This document shows, piece after piece, positions 38,917 through 48,549 of a DNA stretch of 64,000 nt. The translations under genes and the position numbers were made by a program. The stretch lies in IMG/VR virus record IMGVR_UViG_3300042013_000103; one strand, written 5' to 3'. The stretch comes from a virus (Duplodnaviria > Caudoviricetes). Within the stretch, counting starts at the first letter, position 1. Each line of letters starts with the position of its first letter. The notes under the pieces are model-generated. The model did not search any database and had not been told where the DNA came from. It saw only the letters and a program-made list of their open reading frames with translations.

Positions 38917-39858
38917 TTAGATGGCTGGAGCGACCAGTTCCAAGATCGGGTACCAAGAACTGAGGTAAGCGTTGGTGTTGCAAATCCTGGTGGTCAACCC
39001 GACACGAGCCTCAGTAGCGAACCCACGACGAACTACCGGGTTACCCGCAGAATCACTGAGTTCTTGAATGGCGACTCCGGTGTAACCGTTCCAAGGCCCC
39101 GGTAATGTTTCTTGCACTCCTTGGTTGGCAACGTTCACCAACCGTTGGGCACCGGGGACAAATTTACACAGCGGGTAAATGAAATCGTTGTACTCGTTGG
39201 AGTATTCCGCCGGTTCGTTGACGGTGGCCAGTGGAACAATCCGGGTCACGTCATCGCTGTAACCTTTCATGCACCGCACGATAAAGGTGTCGGGACCAAT
39301 CGTTACGGTTTTACGTTGGTCCGTGACCGCCGCACCGTTGCGGTGTGGGCCCGGTCCGGTAACGCCGAACATGATGCCGGCGAGGTAGATCTCGGTCCAC
39401 TGCACCGACTGCCCCAAACAGGTGTTGGGCACGAAGTACACGATGCCGTTGCGCACGTACTTGTGCCAGGTCGGGGAAACGTTGTTGCCCGGACCGGCTT
39501 GGAAGTTGACAGCGTTGCGCAGGTTGGCAGTGTTAATGAAATCACTGGACGGGATAGAACCGAAGTACCCGTAGTTGTAATCCCCGTACTTCAGCTCGGA
39601 CGGACCTGGGCCCAAACGTGGCACCGCTTGGATGCGGTAGTTGGACGAAGTCACGGTGTCCACAGCGCTGGTGGTTTTAAACATGTAGTAGTAATACACC
39701 CCACGCACGGCATTCGGGTCGGTCCAGGTTTCTTCACCGGCCGACAGGGTGGCCACCGGCGCAGGCAGGGCCGCTGGGTCAATCGGCGTGTCGCTGCGGT
39801 AAATGTTGATGGTGACGTCGACCGTGTTGATGTCGGTCCAAAGCAATTTCAAATTCAT
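38917..39858 (-). CDS. Tail-tip/virion structural protein, paralog 2
   Basis: LKLLW..IYRS; GPGPSELKYGDYNYGYFG; WHKYVRNG; WYPILEL. Confidence 0.75.
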   Translation of the reverse strand: MNLKLLWTDINTVDVTINIYRSDTPIDPAALPAPVATLSAGEETWTDPNAVRGVYYYYMFKTTSAVDTVTSSNYRIQAVPRLGPGPSELKYGDYNYGYFGSIPSSDFINTANLRNAVNFQAGPGNNVSPTWHKYVRNGIVYFVPNTCLGQSVQWTEIYLAGIMFGVTGPGPHRNGAAVTDQRKTVTIGPDTFIVRCMKGYSDDVTRIVPLATVNEPAEYSNEYNDFIYPLCKFVPGAQRLVNVANQGVQETLPGPWNGYTGVAIQELSDSAGNPVVRRGFATEARVGLTTRICNTNAYLSSWYPILELVAPAI

Positions 39859-39868
39859 GGAGTGCCTC

Positions 39869-40849
39869 TTAGGTGCGTGTGAAGGTCATGGAAACGGAAT
39901 TCAATGGATTGGCCACCCTTAAGTTCGAAGGGGGTTGTGCCGCATCGACAATGGCCACGGATTGAATGTTGATCTTCGGGGTATCTGTGTCGGTAACCCG
40001 GAACAGCGTTGGCGAATACACCACGTCCACGAAGGAGCCTGTCACGGACAGTGGACCCGCATTACCCGTGTATTCGGAATAGAGACGGTACGGGTTAAAT
40101 GCGTTAGCGTCACTGTCCAGCAATTCCAGCACGGGGCGCCACCCGGTGTCGGTGGAGATCACTGTGGCCTTCGCCCCCACTGCCGTGGTGCCGTTAGTGC
40201 TTCGGGTTAACGTTTGTAAGGTATTGGCCGACGACGATTCTTTGCACAGGGTATTGAGGGCAGGTGCCGCCCCGAGGGCCGTGATGGCCCATTGTTCAAA
40301 TACCCCCATGTTGGGCAGTCCCGCCGAGTTGATCAACCGGTAGAGCAGGTCGTTGTACTCGTTCCCGGTGGCCAACTTCAAGGCGTTGAGATCACCTGGT
40401 GCGAACGGGTCTGCCGTGGCGCCTTGGAGGGTACGGATGCTCATTTTCCAAGGCACATCGTACCCGGCCTCGGGTTTGATCATGACCTTCCATTGGCTGG
40501 TCGCGTTACTGGGCATGGGGTAAGTGCCGTTGCCTTTCACGCCGTACACACCGCCCGCCAAGTATAAATCGTTCCAGGTCAGGTTGTAACGCCAAACCTT
40601 TTCGGCAATGAACAAATACTTACCTTGGTAAACAAACTTCAACCAGTTGTTGTTGGTTTCGTTCAACACCGTACCCGCGGACAGACTCAAGGCAGTGCTC
40701 ACTTCCCAACCCTGGAACAGTTCGGCGCCGGTGACAATGCCAAACCACCCGATGGTGGCATCCCCCGCTTTCAGAACTTTCGTGCCCGGTCCAGAATTAG
40801 GGAAGTACATCTGTCCCTGATTCCCGGAAGATAGGAGCAATTCGTTCAT
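39869..40849 (-). CDS. Tail-tip/virion structural protein, paralog 1 (no Fn3 N-terminus, C-terminal extension instead)
   Basis: Start moved to MNELLLSSG at 40849 behind GGAG; GPGTKVLKAG...IGWFG; WLKFVYQGK; WRPVLEL. Confidence 0.75.
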   Translation of the reverse strand: MNELLLSSGNQGQMYFPNSGPGTKVLKAGDATIGWFGIVTGAELFQGWEVSTALSLSAGTVLNETNNNWLKFVYQGKYLFIAEKVWRYNLTWNDLYLAGGVYGVKGNGTYPMPSNATSQWKVMIKPEAGYDVPWKMSIRTLQGATADPFAPGDLNALKLATGNEYNDLLYRLINSAGLPNMGVFEQWAITALGAAPALNTLCKESSSANTLQTLTRSTNGTTAVGAKATVISTDTGWRPVLELLDSDANAFNPYRLYSEYTGNAGPLSVTGSFVDVVYSPTLFRVTDTDTPKINIQSVAIVDAAQPPSNLRVANPLNSVSMTFTRT

Positions 40850-40891
40850 GGTGAAACTCCTGCTGTAGAATATCAAAACATAGTATTGACG

Positions 40892-40925
40892 GGACATAAA
40901 GCCTCCCCGGGGGGAGGCGCATGGT
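40892..40925. terminator. Hairpin with GGACATAAAG flank
   Basis: GCCTCCCC-GG-GGGGAGGC. Confidence 0.6.
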
Positions 40926-41576
40926 TTACAAGGTAAACAGTTCTGCTGGCGGTACGGGGAGTTCTTCGATTGTGGTGGCTGCAGCCACGGCATCTTTAAA
41001 CACCCAGATAACCCGGTAACCGGCAGTCACGGCTTGGAACGCCGCGGTGGCCATGGTCACCATTTCCGCAGCGGTCAGGGAAACGCTGACGTTCTCATAG
41101 ACGCGGAACTCCACCGGGAACTCCACCGCCGCGTCCACGGCTTCCTTGGCCAGCATCCGCAGGGTGCTGATGTTCTGGCAATCCTTGTCCCGGATTTGAA
41201 CGTGGTAAACGTTCTCGCCGAACTGGTAAGGGAACCCTTGTTCAAAACGGTTGTCCCGCAACGTCTCTGCGTCGACCAGCAACTGGGCTTTCTTACTGAC
41301 CAGGTTGGCCGCTAATTCGGTTTCCGTAAACGGTCGGGCGAGCCACGTGCGGTAATAGCTACCGTCGCGCAGTTCGGGCACACCTTCCACCACAACGTCG
41401 CCCTGCGGCACGTCGGTGTCCAAGACTTCTTCGTAGCCCCATTCCAACAGGTCCGCCGCTTCCATGCGGGTGGGGAATTGGGCGTTGGGCAATCGTTCGC
41501 TCAACGCCGATAGGAACAACGGATACGTGCCCGTGGCCGTTTCAATAAGGCGGGTAGTGCGGGTGATGGTTGACAT
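40926..41576 (-). CDS. Tail fibre assembly chaperone (DUF4376-like C-terminal domain)
   Basis: RD.RF..GF; Q.RD.D..NI; FR..EN..V.LT..EM; K..V.AA.T.EEL; directly downstream of the long fibre. Confidence 0.75.
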   Translation of the reverse strand: MSTITRTTRLIETATGTYPLFLSALSERLPNAQFPTRMEAADLLEWGYEEVLDTDVPQGDVVVEGVPELRDGSYYRTWLARPFTETELAANLVSKKAQLLVDAETLRDNRFEQGFPYQFGENVYHVQIRDKDCQNISTLRMLAKEAVDAAVEFPVEFRVYENVSVSLTAAEMVTMATAAFQAVTAGYRVIWVFKDAVAAATTIEELPVPPAELFTL

Positions 41577-41636
41577 TAAAGAAAACCTCCTTATACAAAA
41601 TAGACAGCGCCCGGGTGGACGCTATCGCTATACGGC

Positions 41637-44600
41637 TTAGGCCTGTGTGGTTACCGCGCCTTGCGACGCAATCCAGATTTCCCCGTCCCACAGGAGGGTG
41701 ACCACAGTCTTCACACCAGTCAAGGCCGGTGGGGCACCAGCGTTCCACCGGATAGTGTTCCCGGCGGCGTTGCTGTAGCTCACCACACCCACAGTCCCTT
41801 TGATCACCAGTGTGATCACCATGGCCCGAGTGGCTCCGGGGTTGTTGATGATGGAGATGTCTTTCGCCGCGGACCCACTGTTGTCCAACGTGACCACTTG
41901 TTGCGTGGCGGCATCGATAATCACGGTAGCGGAAACCGCACGGATCGGCAGGCTATAGTTGTCGAACGACACCCACGCCAAGTTCTTCCGGACGTATTGT
42001 TTACCGTCGTTCGGAGCATCCACGATCCCAGCGGCCGGGGCCACGTACTGCACCCAGGTGTGGTCGCCTTTACGCAGGTACAGGTTGGCATCGGTAGGAA
42101 CGTCCGTGAATTCCACCCAGGTCGTATTTTGCCCACTGCGCAAGAAGGTTTTCCCAGCGGTGGTGGGGGCTTCTGGTACGCCCGCGGCAGGGATGACAAT
42201 CTCGGTCCACTTAGGTGCACCTTCGCCGGTGACCCAGTTCCGTGCATAGAGTTTGTCCTTGATCGCGATGTCCACAATACCCGGGCTGGCTTCCACCCAC
42301 GTACCAATCGCTTGCCCCACGGTCCGTACGCGAACGTACTGTTTGCCGTCATCGAGGGGTTCGTCGATCTGAGTGGGGAAGTCAATCACCACCCATTCGG
42401 TTTCGGTGGTGCTACCGTCCTTGCGACGACGCACATAGAACACGTCGGCTACCGGTGCGGTCACTTCATCAACCGGAAGGGCGACCCATTCGTTACCCAA
42501 ACGGACAACCTTGCCCAGACCCACCAACGGCGAGTTCACATCACCGGCCACCAAACGACCGACCTGCACCCAACCCGTACCTTCGACTTTGTAGAACGTA
42601 TCGAAGGTCTCGTTGACTGCCCAGTCGCCATCCACGCCGTACTGTGGCGTAGGTTCGTTCACGCCTTCCGGCAGCACCAACCACAGCGACCCACGTTCAC
42701 CTTTCTCACCGGTGTTACCTTTGAGACCGGTCAGGCCACGGATGCCTTGTTCACCTTGCGGACCCCGTACAGGACCTGCGTTGAACCACTCGGTGGCGCC
42801 GCCTACCGGGTTAACCCCGTAGAGGTACAGGTCACTGCCCACCAAATACCCCTCACCCGCGTTCCCGGTTGGGTGGGCGGCAATGAGCGCCGCTTCGGTC
42901 AGGTACGACCCCATAATGGTGATCGAAGTACCGGCAGCACCGGTTAAGCCAATCGGCCCTTCTTCACCCATCGGTCCGGTGATGTCCACACCCGGAGCGT
43001 ATACACCCGCTTCGGTCCGGACGTACATCAGTTTGGTGTCAGCGGTGAAATACGCGTCGCCGGTTTCCAAGGTCCCTGGGTTAGGCAATGCGGCCAGGTC
43101 GTCAACCGTGCCTTTGATGTTGATGCCATTGCCTTTTGGTCCGATGCCACCCACATCACCCGTTAACCCGGTGTCGCCTTTGAATTGACCGAGGTCAACC
43201 CAAGCCCCCGTGATCCACATGTACAGGTGCCCGGTGTCCAGCAGGGTGTACGCGTCCTGTTCGGCAGCCCCGACCGGGAGGGCGGCGAGGTTAGCAACCG
43301 CCCCTTTGATCTGAACGTTCGCCCCGTTGGTACCGTCCAGCGAAGCAACCCAAGCCGCCTCGGTCCCAACAAACCCGGCGTCCAACGCACTTTGATAAGC
43401 CGACTTACCGTCGGTGCCACGGAACGGACCTGCATCCACCCACGCATCGGTCACGTAAATGTAGAGATGACCGTTTTCCAATGCCACCCAAGCGTCTTGG
43501 TCCACACCCGGGAGGGCTTGGATTTCGGCGATGGTGGGTTTGGTGCCCTTGACCTGCAGGTTGGTGCCATCCGTACCGTTGGTCCCGTCGGTGCCATTGA
43601 GGGACAACAGCCATGCCGCTTCTGTGCCGACAAAACCACCCGCTACCGCGATTTGATAAGCGGAGTTCCCGTCGACGCCATCCGTACCGTTCAACGAATC
43701 CAACCACTGTTGCACAGTGCCCACGAACCCTTCGGTCACCGCGACTTGGTACGCCGATGGGCCGTTCAACGTGCCGATGTTCAAATAATCGGCCGTGTCG
43801 GTCAGCCAGACGTAAACACTCTGACCCACAATGTACGCATCGGTAGCCGTACCTGGACGGGGCAATGCGCCTTCATTGGCCACAGTGCCCACGATTTCGA
43901 AAGCCGGTACAGGATCGCCTTTATCGCCGGTATCACCCTTCGCGCCTTTCAGCGACAGGATCCACTGAGCTTCCGTGCCTACGAAACCGCCGTCGATGGC
44001 AATCTGGTAAGCGGACTTACCCGTGTCGCCGGTATCACCTCGGTCCCCCTGAATGGAGTCCAACCATTGTTGCTGGTTGCCCACGAACCCTGCATCGACC
44101 GCGATCTGGTAAGCAGACTTCCCTGGGAGCGACGCGATCCATTGCGCTTCGGTTCCGACGAACCCAGAATCGACAGCCGACTGGTACGCGGACTTACCGA
44201 CGGGACCCGGTACGCCGATGGACACCCATTCGCGCTCAGGAGCTTCTACCAAGGTCCACAGGTCATTGTTCCAGACGTAGGTATCACCCGCCACATAACC
44301 GACCCCCAGTGGCAACGGAACGCCGTTAGGCCACGTGCCCAAATAATTCAGGCCTTGGCCCGCTGGGCCAGTCAGGTCATTGGAAATCACCCAATCGGTG
44401 CCGTTGAAAATATTGAGGGTGGTGCCGACGATGTATGCATCGCCTTTAACAGCTTCGCCGTCCAAAACAATCTGGTCGTACTGTTCTTGTGAAACGGTGC
44501 CGATGACTGTGATGCCACTGCCTTGCAGGGATGCCAACCACTGAGCCTGAGTGCCGACGTAACCGCCGATGACCGCTAGGTCGTACGCAGACTTACCATC

Positions 44601-45671
44601 GTCGCCAGTCAGGCCGTCCTCGCCTTGCAGGGACGCTACCCACGCGGCTTCATCCCCTACGAAACCCAAATCCGTGGCGATCTGGTAAGCCGACTTGCCC
44701 ACCAATGTCGCCAACCACGCCGCTTCGCTCGGCAACGCTGGGTTCTCGAGTTTGGCCACGTCATACGCCGACAGACCCGGGAGACCGTCATCACCGTTGA
44801 GGCCATTATCACCCGTGAGTCCGGTGTCGCCTTTGAGGGAAGTGATCCACTGGGCTTCAGTGCCCACGAACCCCAACTCCACGGCCAGTTGATAGGCTGT
44901 TTTGCCTTCGAGCGACGTCAGCCATTGCTGCACCGTACCGCCGAAACCGGCATCGACTGCCACTTGGTAAGCCGTTTTACCTTTCAGGGTACCCAGCCAC
45001 TGGGCTTCAGTACCCACGTAGCCACCGTCCACTGCGGACTGATAAGCCGATTTGCCGTCTGGACCCACCAGGGTAAGCAACCATTCTCCAATGGTTCCAA
45101 CAAAGCCGTTTAACACAGCGTCGTCGTATGCGCTCAGACCAATCGGACCGATGTCCCCTTGATCGCCGTCTTCACCCTTATCACCCGTGGGGCCTTTTAA
45201 CGACGCCAACCATTGGGTGATGGTCCCTACATAACCCTCGGAAACTGCCAGTTCATAGGCGGTTTTGCCGATCAGCGAAGCAATCCACTGCGCTTCGGTC
45301 CCCACGTAGCCGCTCGACAGAGCAGACTCGTACGCCGATTTGCCGTTGTCGCCATCGTCACCTTTTACACCGACCAACGAAGCCAACCAGTCTGGCAGAG
45401 TACCGACAAAACCCAGTTCTTTAGCGAGGGTGTAAGCATCCTTGCCTGCCAAGCTGGTCAGCCATTGCTGAACGGTGCCGACGTAGCCGTTGTCAACAGC
45501 AACTTCGTACGCGGACTTACCCTCGTTATTGCGGATCTTAGAAACGAGCAGACGATAATTTTTAAAGGAACCGTCTTCCTCGCGTTTGATGACCTCAAGC
45601 ATCTCCTCACCGGTGATGGTGTTCAGTGGAGTCATATTAGAAATCATGCCTGGGTTTTCAGTATCTGCCAT
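41637..45671 (-). CDS. Long collagen-like tail fibre with 17 GKSAY repeats, beta-knob repeats and tandem foldon-like motifs
   Basis: 1344 aa; Gly-X-Y tracts (GPQGEQGIRGLTGLKGNTGEKGERG); repeated GKSAYQxAVxxGFVGTEAQWLxSL; C-terminal DAPNDGKQYVRKNLAW. Confidence 0.85.
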   Translation of the reverse strand: MADTENPGMISNMTPLNTITGEEMLEVIKREEDGSFKNYRLLVSKIRNNEGKSAYEVAVDNGYVGTVQQWLTSLAGKDAYTLAKELGFVGTLPDWLASLVGVKGDDGDNGKSAYESALSSGYVGTEAQWIASLIGKTAYELAVSEGYVGTITQWLASLKGPTGDKGEDGDQGDIGPIGLSAYDDAVLNGFVGTIGEWLLTLVGPDGKSAYQSAVDGGYVGTEAQWLGTLKGKTAYQVAVDAGFGGTVQQWLTSLEGKTAYQLAVELGFVGTEAQWITSLKGDTGLTGDNGLNGDDGLPGLSAYDVAKLENPALPSEAAWLATLVGKSAYQIATDLGFVGDEAAWVASLQGEDGLTGDDGKSAYDLAVIGGYVGTQAQWLASLQGSGITVIGTVSQEQYDQIVLDGEAVKGDAYIVGTTLNIFNGTDWVISNDLTGPAGQGLNYLGTWPNGVPLPLGVGYVAGDTYVWNNDLWTLVEAPEREWVSIGVPGPVGKSAYQSAVDSGFVGTEAQWIASLPGKSAYQIAVDAGFVGNQQQWLDSIQGDRGDTGDTGKSAYQIAIDGGFVGTEAQWILSLKGAKGDTGDKGDPVPAFEIVGTVANEGALPRPGTATDAYIVGQSVYVWLTDTADYLNIGTLNGPSAYQVAVTEGFVGTVQQWLDSLNGTDGVDGNSAYQIAVAGGFVGTEAAWLLSLNGTDGTNGTDGTNLQVKGTKPTIAEIQALPGVDQDAWVALENGHLYIYVTDAWVDAGPFRGTDGKSAYQSALDAGFVGTEAAWVASLDGTNGANVQIKGAVANLAALPVGAAEQDAYTLLDTGHLYMWITGAWVDLGQFKGDTGLTGDVGGIGPKGNGINIKGTVDDLAALPNPGTLETGDAYFTADTKLMYVRTEAGVYAPGVDITGPMGEEGPIGLTGAAGTSITIMGSYLTEAALIAAHPTGNAGEGYLVGSDLYLYGVNPVGGATEWFNAGPVRGPQGEQGIRGLTGLKGNTGEKGERGSLWLVLPEGVNEPTPQYGVDGDWAVNETFDTFYKVEGTGWVQVGRLVAGDVNSPLVGLGKVVRLGNEWVALPVDEVTAPVADVFYVRRRKDGSTTETEWVVIDFPTQIDEPLDDGKQYVRVRTVGQAIGTWVEASPGIVDIAIKDKLYARNWVTGEGAPKWTEIVIPAAGVPEAPTTAGKTFLRSGQNTTWVEFTDVPTDANLYLRKGDHTWVQYVAPAAGIVDAPNDGKQYVRKNLAWVSFDNYSLPIRAVSATVIIDAATQQVVTLDNSGSAAKDISIINNPGATRAMVITLVIKGTVGVVSYSNAAGNTIRWNAGAPPALTGVKTVVTLLWDGEIWIASQGAVTTQA
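43330..45521 (-). repeat. Array of 17 imperfect ~25-aa GKSAY repeats interleaved with collagen triplets
   Basis: Counted by hand in the translation; visible at DNA level as recurring gccgacttacc/gccgatttgcc. Confidence 0.85.
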
Positions 45672-45764
45672 GTCTACGTTCCTTTAATGAAGAGAGTATT
45701 CGTCTATGGGACATTACGTCTCATCGAAATAAGACTCATAAATAAGGGCAGAACCCAAGCGGGA

Positions 45765-45800
45765 CGGCATAAAAGGCCCCTCCCCGAAGGGAAGAGCCCA
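45765..45800. terminator. Hairpin with CGGCATAAAAG flank
   Basis: ggcccCTcCCC-CGAA-GGGaAGagcc, imperfect stem. Confidence 0.55.
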
Positions 45801-45806
45801 GGTGAA

Positions 45807-46661
45807 TCACGGTGCGATGGTGCTCGCGGCGATGGTCCATGTACCATTACCTGCACGCACGGCACCCAGCTTCTCGGTCAAGAAGTCATGGAGTTGTTTT
45901 GCCGTCACGTACTTGGCGTCGTCAATGCCGAGGTCGATGTCGCCATCCACCCCCTTGACCACAGTGGAATCCGCGTTGACGTGCACATACGCTCCAGCCA
46001 CTTTCAGGTAGAGGCCTTCGGTGTCCAGGGTGTAGTAGAACGTATCCGCCAATGCGTCACCCACCACGGGCAATGCCGCAAAGTTTGCCACTTCAATGGT
46101 GACCTTACGAGCAGCGATCAGAGCGTCCACCGCGGCTTCGTCCAGACCGCTGACCAGTTTACCGCCGGCAGTCACGCCGTCGTGAATGTAAACCAGTTTC
46201 AACAGTTCGTCGTAGGAGAAACTTCCGACCGGGCCGACGTAGGTGGCGCTTTCAGCAGTGTCCAGTTGAACGACCGAGCGGTCCACGACTTTCCAAGAGC
46301 CGATACCTTCCACATCCGCAGTGAAGACCTTACCTGCGTTCGCGACGTCAGCTACGTACAGCCCGCGGAACAGTTCGGTCCATTGGGCTTCGGTGCCGAT
46401 AAACAGACCGGAATCCACGGCCAATTGGAAAGCCGACTTACCGGGCAAGGTGGCCACCCATTCCGCTTCCGTGCCCACGAACCCAGTGGCTACAGCCGAG
46501 TCATACGCAGAGGCCCCGGTGCGCAGCTTGTTGGAAAGAATCCGGTAGTTCTTGAACGTGCCATCGGCGGTGCGTTTCACCACCTCGACGTATTCGTCAC
46601 CGGCCAGCGATTGCAGCAGAGAAAACCCCGACAACATGTTCGGGTTGGTTAAGCTGGGCAT
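45807..46661 (-). CDS. Short fibre/adaptor, paralog of the long fibre N-terminus
   Basis: Shares NP.M.S....L....G.E..EV.KR..DG.FKNYR.L..K.R and two GKSAY repeats with 41637..45671; contains the Mtd_N-like YIHDGVTAGG motif. Confidence 0.75.
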   Translation of the reverse strand: MPSLTNPNMLSGFSLLQSLAGDEYVEVVKRTADGTFKNYRILSNKLRTGASAYDSAVATGFVGTEAEWVATLPGKSAFQLAVDSGLFIGTEAQWTELFRGLYVADVANAGKVFTADVEGIGSWKVVDRSVVQLDTAESATYVGPVGSFSYDELLKLVYIHDGVTAGGKLVSGLDEAAVDALIAARKVTIEVANFAALPVVGDALADTFYYTLDTEGLYLKVAGAYVHVNADSTVVKGVDGDIDLGIDDAKYVTAKQLHDFLTEKLGAVRAGNGTWTIAASTIAP

Positions 46662-46706
46662 AAATCTATCCTTCTAGGTTTCAGTGAAATGTACTGCGGG
46701 TCAACG

Positions 46707-48536
46707 TCACACGGCTGGTGAAACGTGACTCTGTCTCAGGTAGGCCCAGTCGGTGCCGATCACACCTCCGGACCCGGTGGTTAACCGCTTGTGCCCGGTG
46801 AGCAGCATGGAGTTGGCGTCGAGGACCCCGTCCGTGCGTTCCACCAAGTCCCCTTGGGTAAAGGAACCGGCGTTGCCTGGCAGCGCATCCGACACCAGCT
46901 TGATCCGGCTACCGACGAAACGAATGAAACTGCCCATGCTGTTGATGGTGTTCATGGGACCGGCCGCGCGCGTTAGCCACAACACACCATTGACCGCATT
47001 GCCGTTGTCAAACATGAACGTGCTGCCCAGCGAATGGATGTCCACGTAGTGCGTGTACGTCCCGGCGACCGTGCCACGGTAGAGGCGAATGATCCCGTTG
47101 CGAGGAGACGTTGCAAACCCCACGTTGAGTACGTTCATCTTGTCCGCTTCGGCGACCAAGCTGGTTTCGGCGTTGACTGGGTTACGGCCCAAGGCACGTC
47201 CTGCGTCGTACAGCACCTGCACGTTGTAGTAGTAAGTGCCCACCGCCACTTTCCATTGGTTCACCCCAGTGCCGCGTACGCCCACTGCTTCCACTCGTGC
47301 CGAGGCAATGCCTTGGAACGTCGCATCGGCCATCCGTACACCGTGATCCAACGAGACAATGTTTGGAATGTCCACCACGCTTTTACGCGAGGTCAGGTAG
47401 GAGTAATTGTTGAAGCTCGGTACGGGGGTGATACCGTCCGCTTGGCAGATACGAATACCCGCCTGTTGATCACGCTGGAAGTCACCACGCACGGTCCACT
47501 GCTGCACTGCGTTGTCCACGATCAAGGACACCGAGTCCCCTTGCTGCACATGGAACCCCGACCAGTCCATGAGGTCTTCCACGTTCCGGAACCGGGTGTT
47601 CTGGAGCTTGACGGTAAACCGGGATTCGTTTGACGCCGAGGCAAAGGTCCCTTGGGTGATGATCGGGATGCGAGTGTCCGGCAAAAACTGACTGTCCACG
47701 GTTACGTCGGACGAATCGTAAATGTGCTGGGCGCGTTCGAAGTGCCCACCCACCAAGTTAATGTTGCCACACAGCTCGATCAAGTAATCACCGCCGATGC
47801 AACCTTCCACCGTCCCACCTTGGACGCCCCGCAACCGCATGGCTTTCATCGATTGCGCAGTGGCCACGGTGTACGGGCAGTGGATGTTCTTGGCGATGAA
47901 ACCGTCACCCAGCCCTAGGATGTCGAACTGGTAGGACAAGTTTCCCTGGGGGTTCTCGGCGATGATGTCACTCAGGTGGAAACTGTCCGTGTAGAAACCA
48001 GTCGGCCGCATGATGCTCTGGGTCAGGCCGTTGAACTTCAACTGTTCGAACTTCCCGGAACCGAAGCACTTGATTCCCTTGGCCGGGTTGACGCCATTGG
48101 GGTTGGTGAAGTTGCAGCGACTGAACCCACCGGTGTTCATGTTCGGGTAGGGGGTGGTCCAGGTGATCCCGTCCGCAGTGTTGATCATGAACATGCAACC
48201 ATCCACAAACGTACCGGTGTCCAGATGGAAGAACGACACATTGCGGGATTCACAGTCCACCCAGAAACCCGCAGGCAGGAAAACCGTGGACTCTACACCG
48301 TAGTTACCAGCGGGCACAAAGACCCCACGTTTTCCAGCGGCCACTGCCCGCGCAAAGGCCGGTTGCCAATTCTCCCCATCTGCAGGGCGCCAGAAGTCCA
48401 CCAAGCTGGGAGATTCATCCAGGCGATCCGCGATGGAACGGTTACCGTAGTTAATTTCACGTGCACCCTCCGGACCTAACAAGGCCAAGAGGTTGGGCAC
48501 ATACTTTGCCAACTTTGCTAATACGCCGAGAGCCAT
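46707..48536 (-). CDS. Tailspike-like protein, beta-helix (pectate lyase-like), class II anchor
   Basis: Start moved to MALGVLAKLAK (48536, AAGGTGG RBS); W.PAF.RA.A.G...VFVPAGNY entry motif typical of pectate_lyase_3-type tailspikes. Confidence 0.8.
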   Translation of the reverse strand: MALGVLAKLAKYVPNLLALLGPEGAREINYGNRSIADRLDESPSLVDFWRPADGENWQPAFARAVAAGKRGVFVPAGNYGVESTVFLPAGFWVDCESRNVSFFHLDTGTFVDGCMFMINTADGITWTTPYPNMNTGGFSRCNFTNPNGVNPAKGIKCFGSGKFEQLKFNGLTQSIMRPTGFYTDSFHLSDIIAENPQGNLSYQFDILGLGDGFIAKNIHCPYTVATAQSMKAMRLRGVQGGTVEGCIGGDYLIELCGNINLVGGHFERAQHIYDSSDVTVDSQFLPDTRIPIITQGTFASASNESRFTVKLQNTRFRNVEDLMDWSGFHVQQGDSVSLIVDNAVQQWTVRGDFQRDQQAGIRICQADGITPVPSFNNYSYLTSRKSVVDIPNIVSLDHGVRMADATFQGIASARVEAVGVRGTGVNQWKVAVGTYYYNVQVLYDAGRALGRNPVNAETSLVAEADKMNVLNVGFATSPRNGIIRLYRGTVAGTYTHYVDIHSLGSTFMFDNGNAVNGVLWLTRAAGPMNTINSMGSFIRFVGSRIKLVSDALPGNAGSFTQGDLVERTDGVLDANSMLLTGHKRLTTGSGGVIGTDWAYLRQSHVSPAV

Positions 48537-48549
48537 ATATCCACCTTGT

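Noticed and set aside
43330-45521. Repeat array considered as CRISPR-like or non-coding repeats
   Set aside because: The repeats are in frame, vary at synonymous positions and are conserved at protein level inside one 1344-aa ORF.
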